DNA from: an uncultured Gemmatimonadaceae bacterium
GTDB lineage: Bacteria; Gemmatimonadota; Gemmatimonadetes; Gemmatimonadales; Gemmatimonadaceae
Assembly (NCBI GenBank): GCA_963751275.1
Contig: CAVVTZ010000011.1
Span: 256,001-320,000 of the forward strand
Reading direction: 5' to 3'
Length of the DNA stretch: 64,000 nucleotides
How positions within the stretch are numbered: the first letter of the stretch is position 1; each line of letters begins with the position of its first letter. The notes beneath the pieces were generated by a model. It was not told the DNA's origin. It searched no databases and saw only the letters and a program-made list of their open reading frames with translations. Below are positions 1 through 12,850 of the stretch, one piece after another. Position numbers and translations under genes: made by a program.

Positions 1-3
1 AAC

Positions 4-33
4 TTGACCGAAGGGCCGATGTCCAAGTAGATT
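4..33 (+). promoter_or_regulatory. Putative sigma70-type promoter for yceD-rpmF-plsX-fab operon
   Basis: TTGACC (4-9), 18-nt spacer, TAGATT (28-33), 8 nt before ATG at 42; no Shine-Dalgarno in between. Confidence 0.5.
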
Positions 34-41
34 CAAGGGTT

Positions 42-560
42 ATGCTCTCCTTCGACCTCCGCGATCTGGAACGCAACGCTGCCACGGTGGACGGCCGCCT
101 TGCCGCGGATGACCCGGTCTGGCAGGCGAGCGACGCTCGGCCAGCCGATGGCGTCCATGCCAGTGGCCGCCTGTCCAAGGCGGGGCCCGGCCGGTACTAC
201 TGGAGCGGGCATATCGACGGAACGGCCTCCGGGTCCTGCCGCCGCTGTCTGATCGACGCGAGCGAGCCGGTGCGGGAGGATGTGCACGTGCTGTATGTGG
301 GCGAGGGCGACGCGGAGGTATCGGACGATCCGGATGCATACCAGATCCCTCCGCGCGCCATGGCAGTGGACCTGAGCGAGGCCGTTCGCGAGCAGTGGCT
401 GCTCGCCGCGCCGAAGTTCTTCCTCTGCCGGGAAGACTGCAAAGGGCTGTGCCCGCGCTGCGGTGCCGACTGGAATGCCGGCCCGTGCTCGTGCCCGCCG
501 GAGACCGACAGCCGCTGGGAAGCGTTGCGGACCGTCCGCCACGCTTCAGGACCGCGGTGA
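42..560 (+). CDS. yceD: YceD/DUF177 family protein
   Basis: Intact 172-aa ORF with CRRCL and LCREDCKGLCPRCG..CSC..DSRWEAL motifs; directly upstream of rpmF. Confidence 0.9.
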   Translation: MLSFDLRDLERNAATVDGRLAADDPVWQASDARPADGVHASGRLSKAGPGRYYWSGHIDGTASGSCRRCLIDASEPVREDVHVLYVGEGDAEVSDDPDAYQIPPRAMAVDLSEAVREQWLLAAPKFFLCREDCKGLCPRCGADWNAGPCSCPPETDSRWEALRTVRHASGPR

Positions 561-584
561 ACCTTTTCAATCGCGTGAACTGAC

Positions 585-767
585 ATGGCCGTACCCAAGA
601 GACGCACTTCCAAGCGGAAGAAGCGCGCCCGCAACACCCACAAGAAGGCGCCGGCGATCGTGATCCAGGAGTGTCCGCGCTGCCACGCCATGAAGCGCCC
701 GCACCGGGTATGCGGCGAATGCGGATACTACGACGGGGCGCAGCGGATCGAGGCCAAGGTCAGCTAG
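585..767 (+). CDS. rpmF: 50S ribosomal protein L32 (four-Cys zinc-ribbon type)
   Basis: MAVPKRRTSKRKKRAR...CPRC..RPHRVCGECGYY. Confidence 0.97.
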   Translation: MAVPKRRTSKRKKRARNTHKKAPAIVIQECPRCHAMKRPHRVCGECGYYDGAQRIEAKVS

Positions 768-768
768 C

Positions 769-1784
769 TTGGCTCGCATCGCCTTGGATGCGATGGGGGG
801 CGACCTCGCCCCCCAAGCGCCCGTCGCGGGCGCGTTGCTCGCGCTCGCCGATCTGCCGGCGGCGCACCACCTCCAATTGGTCGGCCGCACCGATGTGATC
901 AACGCCGAGCTCGACCGGCAGCTCGCCGGCGAGCTCAAGCACCTCGCGCCCCAGCGCGCGCGCATCGAGATCGTCGAAGCGCCCAATGTCATTGAGATGA
1001 CCGACAAGCCGACCGCGGCGATCCGCGGGAAGCCCAAGAGCTCGATGACGGTCGGCATCAAGATGCACGCCGAGGGAAAGACGGACGCGTTCGTCTCCGC
1101 GGGCAACACCGGCGCGCAGATGGCCGCGTCGGTCTTCCTGCTCAAGCTGCACGACGGCGTGAACCGGCCGCCGATCGTCACGCTGCTCCCGACGATGAGC
1201 GCGCCCGTCGTGTTGCTCGACTCCGGCGCCAACGTCGATTGCTCCGCCGATGAGCTCCTCCAGTTCGCGCGCCTCGGCAGCGTGTACGCCGAGGACGTGC
1301 TCGGCCGCGCGAATCCCGCGGTGGGCCTGCTTTCCATTGGCGAGGAGCCGGAGAAGGGGAACGCCGTCGTGAAGGAGGCGCACCAGCTCCTCGCGAAGAG
1401 CGATCTCAACTTCGCCGGCAACGTCGAAGGGCGTGACATCCTCACCGGCGGCTCCGCCCGCGGCAAGGTGGACGTCGTGGTCTGCGACGGATTCGTCGGC
1501 AACGTGCTGCTCAAGTTCTACGAGTCGGTGCCGGCGCTGATCTTCGGCAAGCTCGCGAGCAGCGGCGTCGCCAAGGAGACGCTGGCCGCCGCGTTCAAGG
1601 GCTCGACTACTCCGATTACGGCGGCGCGCCCCTCCTCGGCGTGAACGGGATCAGCATCATCTCGCACGGCCGCTCCTCCCCGCGCGCGATCAAGAACGCC
1701 ATCGGCGTCGCCCTGCGCGCGATCGAGTCCAGCATGGATGAGCACATTGGCCACAAGCTCGGCCATGGGAGCCATTCCGCGTGA
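769..1784 (+). CDS. plsX: Phosphate acyltransferase PlsX (one apparent frameshift near 1600)
   Basis: [39 protein letters not shown]-terminus [25 protein letters not shown] in a shifted frame ending TGA 1782-1784. Confidence 0.93.
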
Positions 1785-2771
1785 AGCGCCCCTACGCGCA
1801 GCTCATGAGCTTCGGGCGGTGCGTGCCGCCGAAGGTGATGACCAATTACGACTTCGCCAAGATCGGCATCGACACGACGCACGAGTGGGTGATGGAGCGC
1901 ACCGGCATCTCGCGAGCGCCATATCGCGACCGCCGAGGAGACCACCTGCAAGCTCGGCGCGGCCGCCGCGCGGATCGCGATGGATCGCGCGGGCATTCAG
2001 GCCGGCGAAGTGGACGTGATCATCCTGAGCACCGCCACGCCCGACCGGCTCCTGCCGTCGACCGCGGTGGACGTCCAGGCCGAGCTCGGCGCCACCCGCG
2101 CCGCCGCCTTCGACCTCTCGCCGCGTGCTCGGGCTGGCTCTACGCGCTCACCGTGGGCGAAGGGCTGATCCTCGCGGGCTCCGCCGAGACCGTGCTGGTG
2201 ATCGCGTCCGAGAAGCTGAGCTCGATCGTGGACTGGACGGATCGCTCGACGTGCGTGCTCTTCGGCGACGGCGCCGGCGCGACCGTGCTCAAGCGGCGAC
2301 GAAGGAGCGCGGGATCCTGTCGACCTACCTGCGAAGCGACGGCACCCTCGCGGAGTTGCTCTATCGTCCCGGCGGCGGCGCGCGCATCCCGAGCGGAGCA
2401 GCTGCTCAAGGACCGCAGCTCCCACCTGTCAAGATGGCCGGGCGCGAGGTGTTCAAGCAGCGGTGCGCTCGATGGCCGACGCGGCCGATCGCGCGCTCGA
2501 CGGCGGAAGCTCACGCGGAGCAGGACATCGACCTGCTCATGCCGCACCAGGCGAACATCCGGATCATCGAGGCGACGGCCAAGCACGCGCGGGATCCCGA
2601 TGGAGAAGGTCTACGTGAACGTCGATCGCTACGGGAACACGTCGTCGGCCTCGATCCCGGTCGCCCTCGACGAGCGATCGAATCGGGGCGGCGCTGAAGG
2701 AAGGCTCCATCGTGCTGCTCGTCGCGTTCGGCGCGGGCTTCACGTGGGCTTCGATGGTCATCCGCCTCTGA
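1781..2771 (+). CDS. fabH: 3-oxoacyl-ACP synthase III (multiple frameshifts)
   Basis: Fragments: [60 protein letters not shown]. Confidence 0.92.
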
Positions 2772-2788
2772 GCGCATCGCGATCCCAC

Positions 2789-4798
<2,010 letters not shown>

Positions 4799-4799
<1 letters not shown>

Positions 4800-6056
4800 T
4801 GAAGCGGCGGGTCGTCGTCACCGGCCTCGGGGCGGTGACGCCCGTCGGCAACGACGTGGCGACGACGTGGCAGCGCACTGGTCGCCGGCAAGTCCGGGGC
4901 CGCGCCGATCACGAAATTCGACGCGACCACGCTCGAGGTGCCGGTTCGCCTGCGAGGTGAAGGGCTTCGACCCGCTGCACTACATGGACCGCAAGGAGGC
5001 CAAGCGCGCCGACCTGTACGCGCAGTACGCGATCGCGGCCGCGGCGCAGGCCATGGCGGACGCGGGCTTCGTGGACGGCAAGGGCTACGACCCGGACCGC
5101 ACCGGCGTGATCGTCGGCAGCGGCATCGGCGGACTCGCGCACCTTCGAGGAGCAGCACAACGATCTACCTCGAGCAGGCGCCGAGCAAGATCACCCCGTT
5201 CTTCGTCCCGATGTTCATCGCCGACATCGCGGCCGGGCTCGTCTCGATGCGATTCCAGGCGAACGGGCCGAACTACGCGACCGTCTCCGCGTGCGCCACG
5301 AGCGGCGCACGCGATCGGCGACGCCTACCGCACCATCCAGTACGGCGACGCCGACGTCATGATCGCCGGCGGGTCGGAGGCGACCGTCACGCCCATGGCC
5401 ATCGGCGGGTTCGCGAACATGAAGGCGCTCTCCGAGCGCAACGACGACCGACGACGGCGTCGCGCCCGTTCGACGCGACGCGCGACGGCTTCGTGATGGG
5501 CGAAGGCGGCGCGGATCGTGGTCCTCGAGGAGCTCGAGCACGCCAAGCGGCGCGGCGCGCGGATCTACGCCGAGGTCGCCGGCTACGGCGCCACCGGCGA
5601 CGCGTACCACCTCACGTCGCCCGCGCCCGGAGGGCGAGGGCGCGCAGCGCGCGATGCGGCGCGCGCTGGCGGACGCCGGCGTCGACGCCCGAGCGACATC
5701 GCAGTACATCAACGCGCACGGCACCTCGACGCCAGCCGAACGACCTGAACGAGACCAAGGCGATCAAGGCGGTCTTCGGCGAGCGGCGCGCACGCGTGAA
5801 CATCAGCTCCACCAAGTCCTGACCGGCCACCTGCTCGGCGCGGCCGGCGCGGTCGAGTTCCTCATCTGCGCGCTCGCCGTCGCAGCACGGGGACGATCCC
5901 GCCCACGATCAACTACGTCACACGCCCGATCCCGAGTGCGACCTGACTACACGCCGAACAAGCGGTCGAGCGCCGCGTGCACGTGGCGCTCAGCAACTCG
6001 CTTCGGCTTCGGCGGCCACAACGTCGCGCTCGCGGTGAAGCGGTTCGAGGCGATGA
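4799..6056 (+). CDS. fabF: 3-oxoacyl-ACP synthase II (multiple frameshifts)
   Basis: [70 protein letters not shown]. Confidence 0.93.
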
Positions 6057-7232
6057 CGTGCCCACGCCCGGCGATGGTCGAGCCCGCGCGCCGTGACGGA
6101 TCCCGCGCTGCGTCCCGTCGCCGAGAAGGTGCGCGCCGGTGAGCGGCTCGACGTCGAGGCCGACGCCGTCGCGCTCTTCGAGCGCCGCGACCTGCTCGCG
6201 TCGGCGCCATGGCCGACGCCGCCAACCGCGCGAAGAACGGCGACCGCGTCTATCTTCGCGGCGAACCAGCACATCAATCCGACGAACGTCTGCATGCTGC
6301 GGAAGACCTGCGTCTTCTGCTCGTACGCGCGGCTGCCGAAGGAGGAAGGCGCGTACCGCGTACACGCTCGAGCAGGTGCTGCGCCGAGGCGGCGCGCGCC
6401 AAGAGTACGCTGACCCGCGAGTTCCACATCGTGGGCGGCCTCGCACCTCAAGCGGGCCTCGAGTACTACACGGACATGATCCGCGCCCTCAAGGCGCGCC
6501 GTACCCCGACGTGCACATCAAGGCGCTCACCGCGGTCGAGATCGCGCACATCGCGCGCATCGAGAAGATGACTCGTCCGCGACGTGCTGCGCTGCTCTGC
6601 GCGAGGCCGGGCTCAACACGCTCCCCGGCGGCGGCGCCGAGGTCTTCTCGCACGGGCGTGCGCGCGACGATCGCCGACCGCAAGCTCGCCGGCGAGGACT
6701 GGATCGAGCGTGCACCGCGAGGCGCACGGCTCGGCATCCGGACCAACTGCACGATGCTCTACGGGCACGTGGAGACGCATCGACGACCGCGTGGAGCACC
6801 TGCTGATGCTGCGCGCCCTGCAGGACGAGACCGGCGGATTCCTCACGTACATCCCGCTCGCCTACCACCCGGACCACAACGAGCTGGGCGAGGAGCTCGG
6901 CCGGCACGGGCACCGCCACCACGGGCGTCGACGACCTCACGAACATCGCCGTGGGCCGGCTCTTCCTCGACAACATCCCGCACGTCAAGACGCACTGGAT
7001 CATGGTCACGCCGTTCGCTCTCGCAGGTCGCGCTGCACTTCGGCGCGAACGATCTCGAGGGCACGGTGGTGCACGAGAAGGTCTATCACGAGGCCGGCGC
7101 GCACACGCCGCAGGCGATGTCGCTCGACGAGCTGCTCAGCTGATCCGCGGGGCGGGGAAGGTGCCGGTGGAGCGCGACTCGCTCTACCACGCCGTCCGGA
7201 ACTTCGATCCGGCAGCCGCCGAGGCGGCCTGA
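6053..7232 (+). CDS. mqnE: Aminofutalosine synthase, radical SAM (frameshifted; start approximate)
   Basis: HINPTNVC..C..C, EFHIVGG, HIKALTAVEI, LPGGGAE, TMLYGHVE, LQDETGGF..YIPLAYHP, LDNIPHVK.HWIM, FGANDLEGTVVHEK. Confidence 0.85.
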
Positions 7233-7233
7233 C

Positions 7234-8060
7234 ATGCGCGTCGGACGCATCCCCTACATCAACTGCTACCCGGTGTACGGCGCCATCGACCGCGGCATCG
7301 TGCCACTCGACGGCGACGCTCGTGGACGGCGTGCCGAGCGCGCTCAACGCGCTCACGGCGGCGGGCGCGCTCGACGTGAGCGTCGTCTCGGCCGTCGAGT
7401 ACGCCAGCAACGCCGACCGGTACCTGCTGCTGCCCGACCTCGCGATCACGTCCGACGGCCCGGTGCGCAGCGTGCTGCTCTTCTCGAACCGCGCCCGCCG
7501 GCGACCTCGACGGGGCGCGGGTGCTCCTCTCGCGCAGCTCGATGACGAGCGTGGCGCTGCTCAAGCTGCTGTTCGAGCACGTCTGGCGCGCAGCGCCCGA
7601 ATTCGCCGCGGCCGACGCGGAGCATGCCGATCTCGGCGCGGCGCGCGCAGCCGTCGCACGACGCGCGGCTCGTCATCGGCGACGCGGCGCTGCAACTCGC
7701 CGCGTCCGACGCGCTACCCGTACGTGTACGACCTGGGCGCCGAGTGGAAGGAGTGGACCGGGCTGCCGTTCGTGTTCGCGGTCTGGGTCCGCATCGCGCC
7801 ACGCCGGTCGAGCGATGCGCTGCGCGTGCACCGCGCGCTGCTCGAGTCGCGCGACTGGGGGCTTGGCGCATCTCGACGAGCTCGCCGAGCAGGCGGCGGC
7901 CACGACCGGCGTCGCGCGCCGGCCTGCGCGAGTACCTGTCGGGACTCGACTACCGCCTCTCGTACCGCCACCTCGCCGGCCTCACCGATTTCTTCCGGCG
8001 TCTCGCCGAGCGCGGGACGCGGTGCCGGACGGCTCGCTCGCCTTCCTTCGCGCCGCATGA
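7234..8060 (+). CDS. mqnA: Chorismate dehydratase, futalosine pathway (frameshifted)
   Basis: MRVGRIPYINCYPVY, VPSALN, VSAVEY, GPVRSVLLFS, SMTSVALL, LVIGDAAL, DLGAEWKEWTGLPFVFAVW. Confidence 0.88.
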
Positions 8061-9120
8061 CGTGCCCGACGCCGCGACCTCCTCGATTTCTACACGAACG
8101 CGCCCCGCTCATCGAGCTCGGCGCCGACGCCGACGCGCGAGCGCCAGGCCGCGGCATCCGCACGGCATCGTGACGTACATCGTGGACCGCAACATCAACT
8201 ACACGAACGTCTGCGTCGCCGACTGCGGCTTCTGCGCCTTCTACCGCCGGCCCAAGCACGATCGAGGGCTACACGCTCTCCTACGAGCAGATCGGCGCGA
8301 AGATCGACGAGGCGAAGGCGCTCGGCGCCGTGCAGATCCTGATGCAGGGCGGCCACAATCCGTACATCCCGTTCGAGTGGTATCTCGGAGCTGCTGCGCT
8401 ACATCAAGCAGCACCACCCGATCCACATCCACGGCTTCTAGCCCGAGCGAGGTGCGAGTTCTTCGCGCAAGCGGTTCCGCATGTCGGCGCGGCGAGGTCA
8501 TCCGCGAGCTGCGCGCCAGGCGGGGCTCGATTCGATCCCCGGCGGCGGCGGCGAGATCCTGGTGCAGCGCGTGCGCGAGCTGGTGGCGAAGAAGAAGGCC
8601 GGCGCCGACCGCTGGCTCGAGGTCATGGAGCTCGGCGCACGGCCAGGGGATGAAGACCTCCGTCCACGATGATGTACGGCATCGGCGAGACCGCTCGCCG
8701 AGCGGATCGAGCACCTCGATGCGCGTGCGCGCGCTGCAGGCGCGAGACCGGCGGCTTCACCGCCTTCATCTGCTGGCCGCTGCAGCCCGAGAGCACGCCG
8801 AGATGGCAGGCACAGCCGAAGACCGACGCCGTCGACCTACCTCCGCACGCTGGCGATCGCGCGCATGGTGCTCGACAACTTCGCCAATCTGCAGGTCGAG
8901 CTGGGTGACGATGGGGATGAAGGTCGGCCAGGTGGCGCTGCGCTTCGGCGCCAACGACTTCGGCTCGCTCATGATCGAGGAGAACGTCGTCTCGGCGGCG
9001 AACACGACGTACCGCACCACCACCGACGAGATGGAGCGCCTGATCCGCGACGCGGGCTTCACGCCGGCGCGCCGCCGCCAGGACTACTCGATCATCCAGC
9101 CGGCCGGCGCCGCGGCGTGA
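8057..9120 (+). CDS. mqnC: Cyclic dehypoxanthine futalosine synthase, radical SAM (frameshifted)
   Basis: [75 protein letters not shown]. Confidence 0.88.
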
Positions 9121-9597
9121 GCCGCACCGGCATCGGCTACGACTCGCACCGCTTCGGCCCGGGCAGCTCGGTGCGCCTGGGCGGCGTCACGATCCCCTTC
9201 GACCGCGCGCTCACCGGCCACTCCGACGGCGATGCCGTCGCGCACGCGGTGACCGACGCCGTGCTCGGCGCCGCCGGCGCGGGCGACATCGGGACGCCAT
9301 TTCCCCGACACCGATCCGGCGAACCGCGGGCGCGACTCCCTGGAGATGCTCCGCACCGCCGTCGCGATCGCGCGTGAGCGCGGCTACCTCGTGGAGCATG
9401 TCGATGCGACGGTCATCCTCGAGCGTCCCAAACTGGCGCCGCATCGGGACGCGATCTGCGCCGCCCTCGGTGCGGCGCTGGGCCTGGAGCCGCGTGATGT
9501 GAGTGTGAAGGGGAAGACCAACGAGGGCATGGGCTGGATCGGCCGCGGCGAGGGGATCGCTTGCATCGCGGTCGCGACCCTCCGCGCCGCCGAATAG
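9117..9597 (+). CDS. ispF: 2-C-methyl-D-erythritol 2,4-cyclodiphosphate synthase (one frameshift)
   Basis: [52 protein letters not shown]. Confidence 0.93.
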
Positions 9598-9601
9598 CCG
9601 C

Positions 9602-10519
9602 ATGCGCACCGCGCTCCCCGACGAGGTGGGCCGCGCCTTCCTGCTCGAACGCTTCCACGACTTCCTCGCGCTCGAGAAGGGATCGGCGCGCACCACCGCG
9701 GAAGCCTACGATCACGACCTCGCGCGCTTCGCGGCCTTCGCGCGCAGCAAGGGCGCGAGCGCGCCCACCGGCGTGACGTCGCAGATGCTGCGCGACTATG
9801 TGTACCAGCTGAAGGACCTCGGCCTCGCGCCGACATCGATCCGGCGCAACGTGTCGGCGGTGCGCACCTACTACAAGTTCCTGATGGGTGAGGGGCAGGT
9901 GGTGGAGGATCCCAGCGAGCGCCTGGATACACCCAAGCGCTGGCGCACGCTGCCCGATGTGCTCACCGTGGCGGAGGCCGAGAAGCTCCTCGCGGCGCCG
10001 ACGCTGGACGAGCCGCTCGCCTTCCGAGACCGCGCGATGCTCGAGCTCGCGTACGGCGCGGGGCTGCGCGTCTCCGAGTGGATCTCGATCACCACGAAGG
10101 ACGCGATGCTCGACGACGGCCTGCTGCGCGTGTTCGGGAAGGGAAGCAAGGAGCGGCTCGTGCCGATCGGCCGGCGCGCGATCGCCGCGACGGCGGTGTA
10201 CGTGCGCGAGCTGCGTCCGCGCCTCGAGCGCGGCGGCGGGCGCGGCGCGCTCTTCCTGAATGCGCGCGGCACGCCGCTCACGCGCATGGGCGCCTGGAAG
10301 ATCCTGCGGAAATACGTCGCGAAGGCGGGGCTCACGAAGCGGGTCACGCCGCACACGCTGCGGCACTCCTTCGCGACGCATTTGCTGGAGGGCGGGGCCG
10401 ACCTGCGCGCCGTGCAGGAGATGCTCGGCCACGCGGACATCGGCACCACCCAGATCTACACGCACGTGGATCGCGAGTATCTTCGTAGCGTCCACAAGCA
10501 GTACCATCCGAGAGGCTGA
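9602..10519 (+). CDS. xerD: Site-specific tyrosine recombinase XerD
   Basis: Intact 305 aa; [60 protein letters not shown] (full catalytic set); no mobile-element context. Confidence 0.88.
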   Translation: MRTALPDEVGRAFLLERFHDFLALEKGSARTTAEAYDHDLARFAAFARSKGASAPTGVTSQMLRDYVYQLKDLGLAPTSIRRNVSAVRTYYKFLMGEGQVVEDPSERLDTPKRWRTLPDVLTVAEAEKLLAAPTLDEPLAFRDRAMLELAYGAGLRVSEWISITTKDAMLDDGLLRVFGKGSKERLVPIGRRAIAATAVYVRELRPRLERGGGRGALFLNARGTPLTRMGAWKILRKYVAKAGLTKRVTPHTLRHSFATHLLEGGADLRAVQEMLGHADIGTTQIYTHVDREYLRSVHKQYHPRG

Positions 10520-10530
10520 CCCCGGGCGCC

Positions 10531-11109
10531 ATGATCCTCGTCATCGACAACTACGATTCCTTCACCTACAATCTCGTCCAGTACCTCGGCGAGCTTGGTG
10601 GGGAGCCGTGCGTACGCCGCAACGACGCCGTGACGGTGGACGAGGTCGGGACGCTCGCGCCCAAGGCGATCGTGCTCTCCCCCGGACCCGGAACCCCCGC
10701 GGACGCCGGCGTCACGGTGCCCATGGTGAAACGGTGGGGCGGGAGGATCCCGATCCTCGGCGTGTGCCTGGGGCACCAGGCGATCGGCGAGGCGTACGGC
10801 GGCAAGGTGGTGCGGGCCGCGCGCGTGATGCACGGGAAGACATCCCGCGTGAAGCACGATGGCAGCGGATTATTCGCCGGACTGCCGCAGTCGCTGGAGG
10901 TGATGCGGTATCACTCGCTCGTGGTCGAGCGCGCTTCGCTCCCGGCGACGCTGACGGTGAATGCCGCGACCGAGGGGGACGACACCGAGATCCAGGCGAT
11001 GCGCCACGCCGAATACCCGGTGTGGGGGGTGCAATTCCACCCGGAGTCGGTGTTCACGGAACATGGCAAGGACCTGCTAAGGAACTTCATCAAGCTCGCC
11101 GGATGCTGA
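10531..11109 (+). CDS. Anthranilate/aminodeoxychorismate synthase component II (glutamine amidotransferase, TrpG/PabA)
   Basis: MILVIDNYDSFTYNLVQY, SPGPG, GVCLGHQ, MRYHSL, GVQFHPES. Confidence 0.93.
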   Translation: MILVIDNYDSFTYNLVQYLGELGGEPCVRRNDAVTVDEVGTLAPKAIVLSPGPGTPADAGVTVPMVKRWGGRIPILGVCLGHQAIGEAYGGKVVRAARVMHGKTSRVKHDGSGLFAGLPQSLEVMRYHSLVVERASLPATLTVNAATEGDDTEIQAMRHAEYPVWGVQFHPESVFTEHGKDLLRNFIKLAGC

Positions 11110-12590
11110 GACGGCTTGCGGTCGCCGCGATGCTCTTGGCCAGCGCCCCTCACCTTCGTGCGCAGGAGGTGGACGTGCACCTCTATGTGCGGAAGGAGGG
11201 GCCGGGCGGCGCCGGCGATCTCCTCCAGGGCGCGCTGGAGAAGCCGTACATCGTCCTCCACCAGGACTGGAACACGCCGATCTACGGCGGCCGCGAGTAC
11301 AACACCAATGTCGTGGTACTCAACTCGGACGCGAGCGTGGTGGGCACGATCAAGGGCGACTTGATCGTGATCAATGGTAGCATCAATCTCACCGCGACGG
11401 CCCGCATCGAAGGCCGGGCGTTGGCGTTCGGCGGCAATATCTACGACATGGATGGCGCGGTCGTCACCGGGAAGCGCGTCTCATATCCGGCCGCGCGCTT
11501 CGACACCGTGCGGACGCCCAAGGGGCTGGCGCTCGACTATCACGGTCCGCCGCCGCCCGAGCGCGACATCCTGGTGCTGCCGGGGATCTACGGCTTCACC
11601 GAATGGCCGATGTACGACCGCGTGGACGGCCTCTCGCTCGAGCTCCGGCCCGAACTGCACTTCGGCGGCGACAGTACGTTCGTCATCGCGCCCGGCGTGA
11701 CCTACCGCTCGAACCTCGGCGACTTCGACGCCGAGCTCGCGCTCTCCTCGCGGTACGAAGGCGCGTTCATCAGTCTCGCGGGCGCGCAGGCGACGCTCAC
11801 GAACGACCAGTGGATCCAGACCGATTTCGCGAACAGCTTCGCGGTGCTGTGTTGCGGCAAGGACTTCCGGAACTATTGGCGCGCCAAGTGGGCGGAGGGC
11901 CGGATCGGCTACGCGTGGTCCGACACGGCGCATTCGATCTCCCTGTGGGTGGGCGCGCGCCGCGAGGACGCGACGAGCGTCACGGCGGGAGGGCCGTGGA
12001 GCATCACCGGGGACACGAGTTCGTTCTCGATGTACCGGCCGAACCCCGCGGTGGACGAGGAGCGCCTCGAGACCTGGCTCACGGGGATCAGCGGCTCGCT
12101 CGACGGCGCACTCACGCTCAAGGGCAGTCTGCAGGTCGAGATCCCCATCAAGTCGCTGAACAATGGCGGCTGGACGCAGCTCGTGGCGGATGTGACCGGC
12201 AAGTTGCCGACGTATACGAACCAGGAGCTGACCTTCCGCCTGCATGCGATCTACACTACCGGGGATTCGACCGCGCCGCCGCAGCGTTATGGCTACCTGG
12301 GCGGAGCAGGGTCGATAGCGACGCTGGGCTTGCTGACGCAGGGCGGCGACCAGCTCTTCTTCTTCGAGGGCGATTACCGGTACACGTTCGAAGGGATCCA
12401 GATCCCCTACTCGACGCCGCCCTCGATCGCGCTCGCGTACACCGCCGGCGCGGCGGGCGTCGAGAATCTGCCCAAGTTCACGCAGAACATCGGCGCGCGC
12501 CTCGAGCTGAAGCCCTTCCGCCTCGACTTCTGGGTCGATCCCGCCACCGGCAAGACCAAGACGACGCTGCTGCTCTGGTTCATCCGCTGA
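11103..12590 (+). CDS. Hypothetical exported protein, likely outer-membrane (beta-rich N-terminus, possible beta-barrel C-terminus)
   Basis: Intact 495-codon ORF from ATG 11103 with signal-peptide-like N-terminus (MLRRLAVAAMLLASAPHLRAQ), YDRVDGL motif and alternating aromatic beta-strand pattern. Confidence 0.65.
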   Translation: MLRRLAVAAMLLASAPHLRAQEVDVHLYVRKEGPGGAGDLLQGALEKPYIVLHQDWNTPIYGGREYNTNVVVLNSDASVVGTIKGDLIVINGSINLTATARIEGRALAFGGNIYDMDGAVVTGKRVSYPAARFDTVRTPKGLALDYHGPPPPERDILVLPGIYGFTEWPMYDRVDGLSLELRPELHFGGDSTFVIAPGVTYRSNLGDFDAELALSSRYEGAFISLAGAQATLTNDQWIQTDFANSFAVLCCGKDFRNYWRAKWAEGRIGYAWSDTAHSISLWVGARREDATSVTAGGPWSITGDTSSFSMYRPNPAVDEERLETWLTGISGSLDGALTLKGSLQVEIPIKSLNNGGWTQLVADVTGKLPTYTNQELTFRLHAIYTTGDSTAPPQRYGYLGGAGSIATLGLLTQGGDQLFFFEGDYRYTFEGIQIPYSTPPSIALAYTAGAAGVENLPKFTQNIGARLELKPFRLDFWVDPATGKTKTTLLLWFIR

Positions 12591-12617
12591 ACGCATCGGC
12601 TCCTCGAGCTCCTCGCG

Positions 12618-12736
12618 CCTCCGCGGGGGCCCGATCATGTCAATCATGTTCATCCCGTCTGAAGCAGTTTCGTGAATTGCGACGGAACTGCTTCAGACAG
12701 GATGAACATGATTGACATGATGGACTCCTGCGGAGG
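12618..12736. repeat. Long intergenic inverted repeat made of 9-mer units
   Basis: 40-nt arms 12634-12673 and 12682-12721 are reverse complements with 2 mismatches; 8-nt loop; imperfect outer stem; units ATCATGTCA/ATCATGTTC/ATCCCGTCT. Confidence 0.9.
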
Positions 12737-12776
12737 AGCCGAGGCGCATCGCACGCCAAAAATCGCGCCAGAACCT

Positions 12777-12805
12777 TTGCCTCCTTGGCGCTCTCTCGCT
12801 ATATT
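12777..12805 (+). promoter_or_regulatory. Putative sigma70-type promoter for kdsB-pyrG-kdsA operon
   Basis: TTGCCT (12777-12782), 17-nt spacer, TATATT (12800-12805). Confidence 0.55.
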
Positions 12806-12850
12806 GACTGGCGTGAATCTTGCACACCGGCACACTCTGATCGTGGCGCC

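Noticed and set aside
9602..10519. Tyrosine recombinase as integrase of a mobile element
   Set aside because: Length and motifs fit housekeeping XerD, it is embedded among core genes, and no att repeats or cargo are visible.
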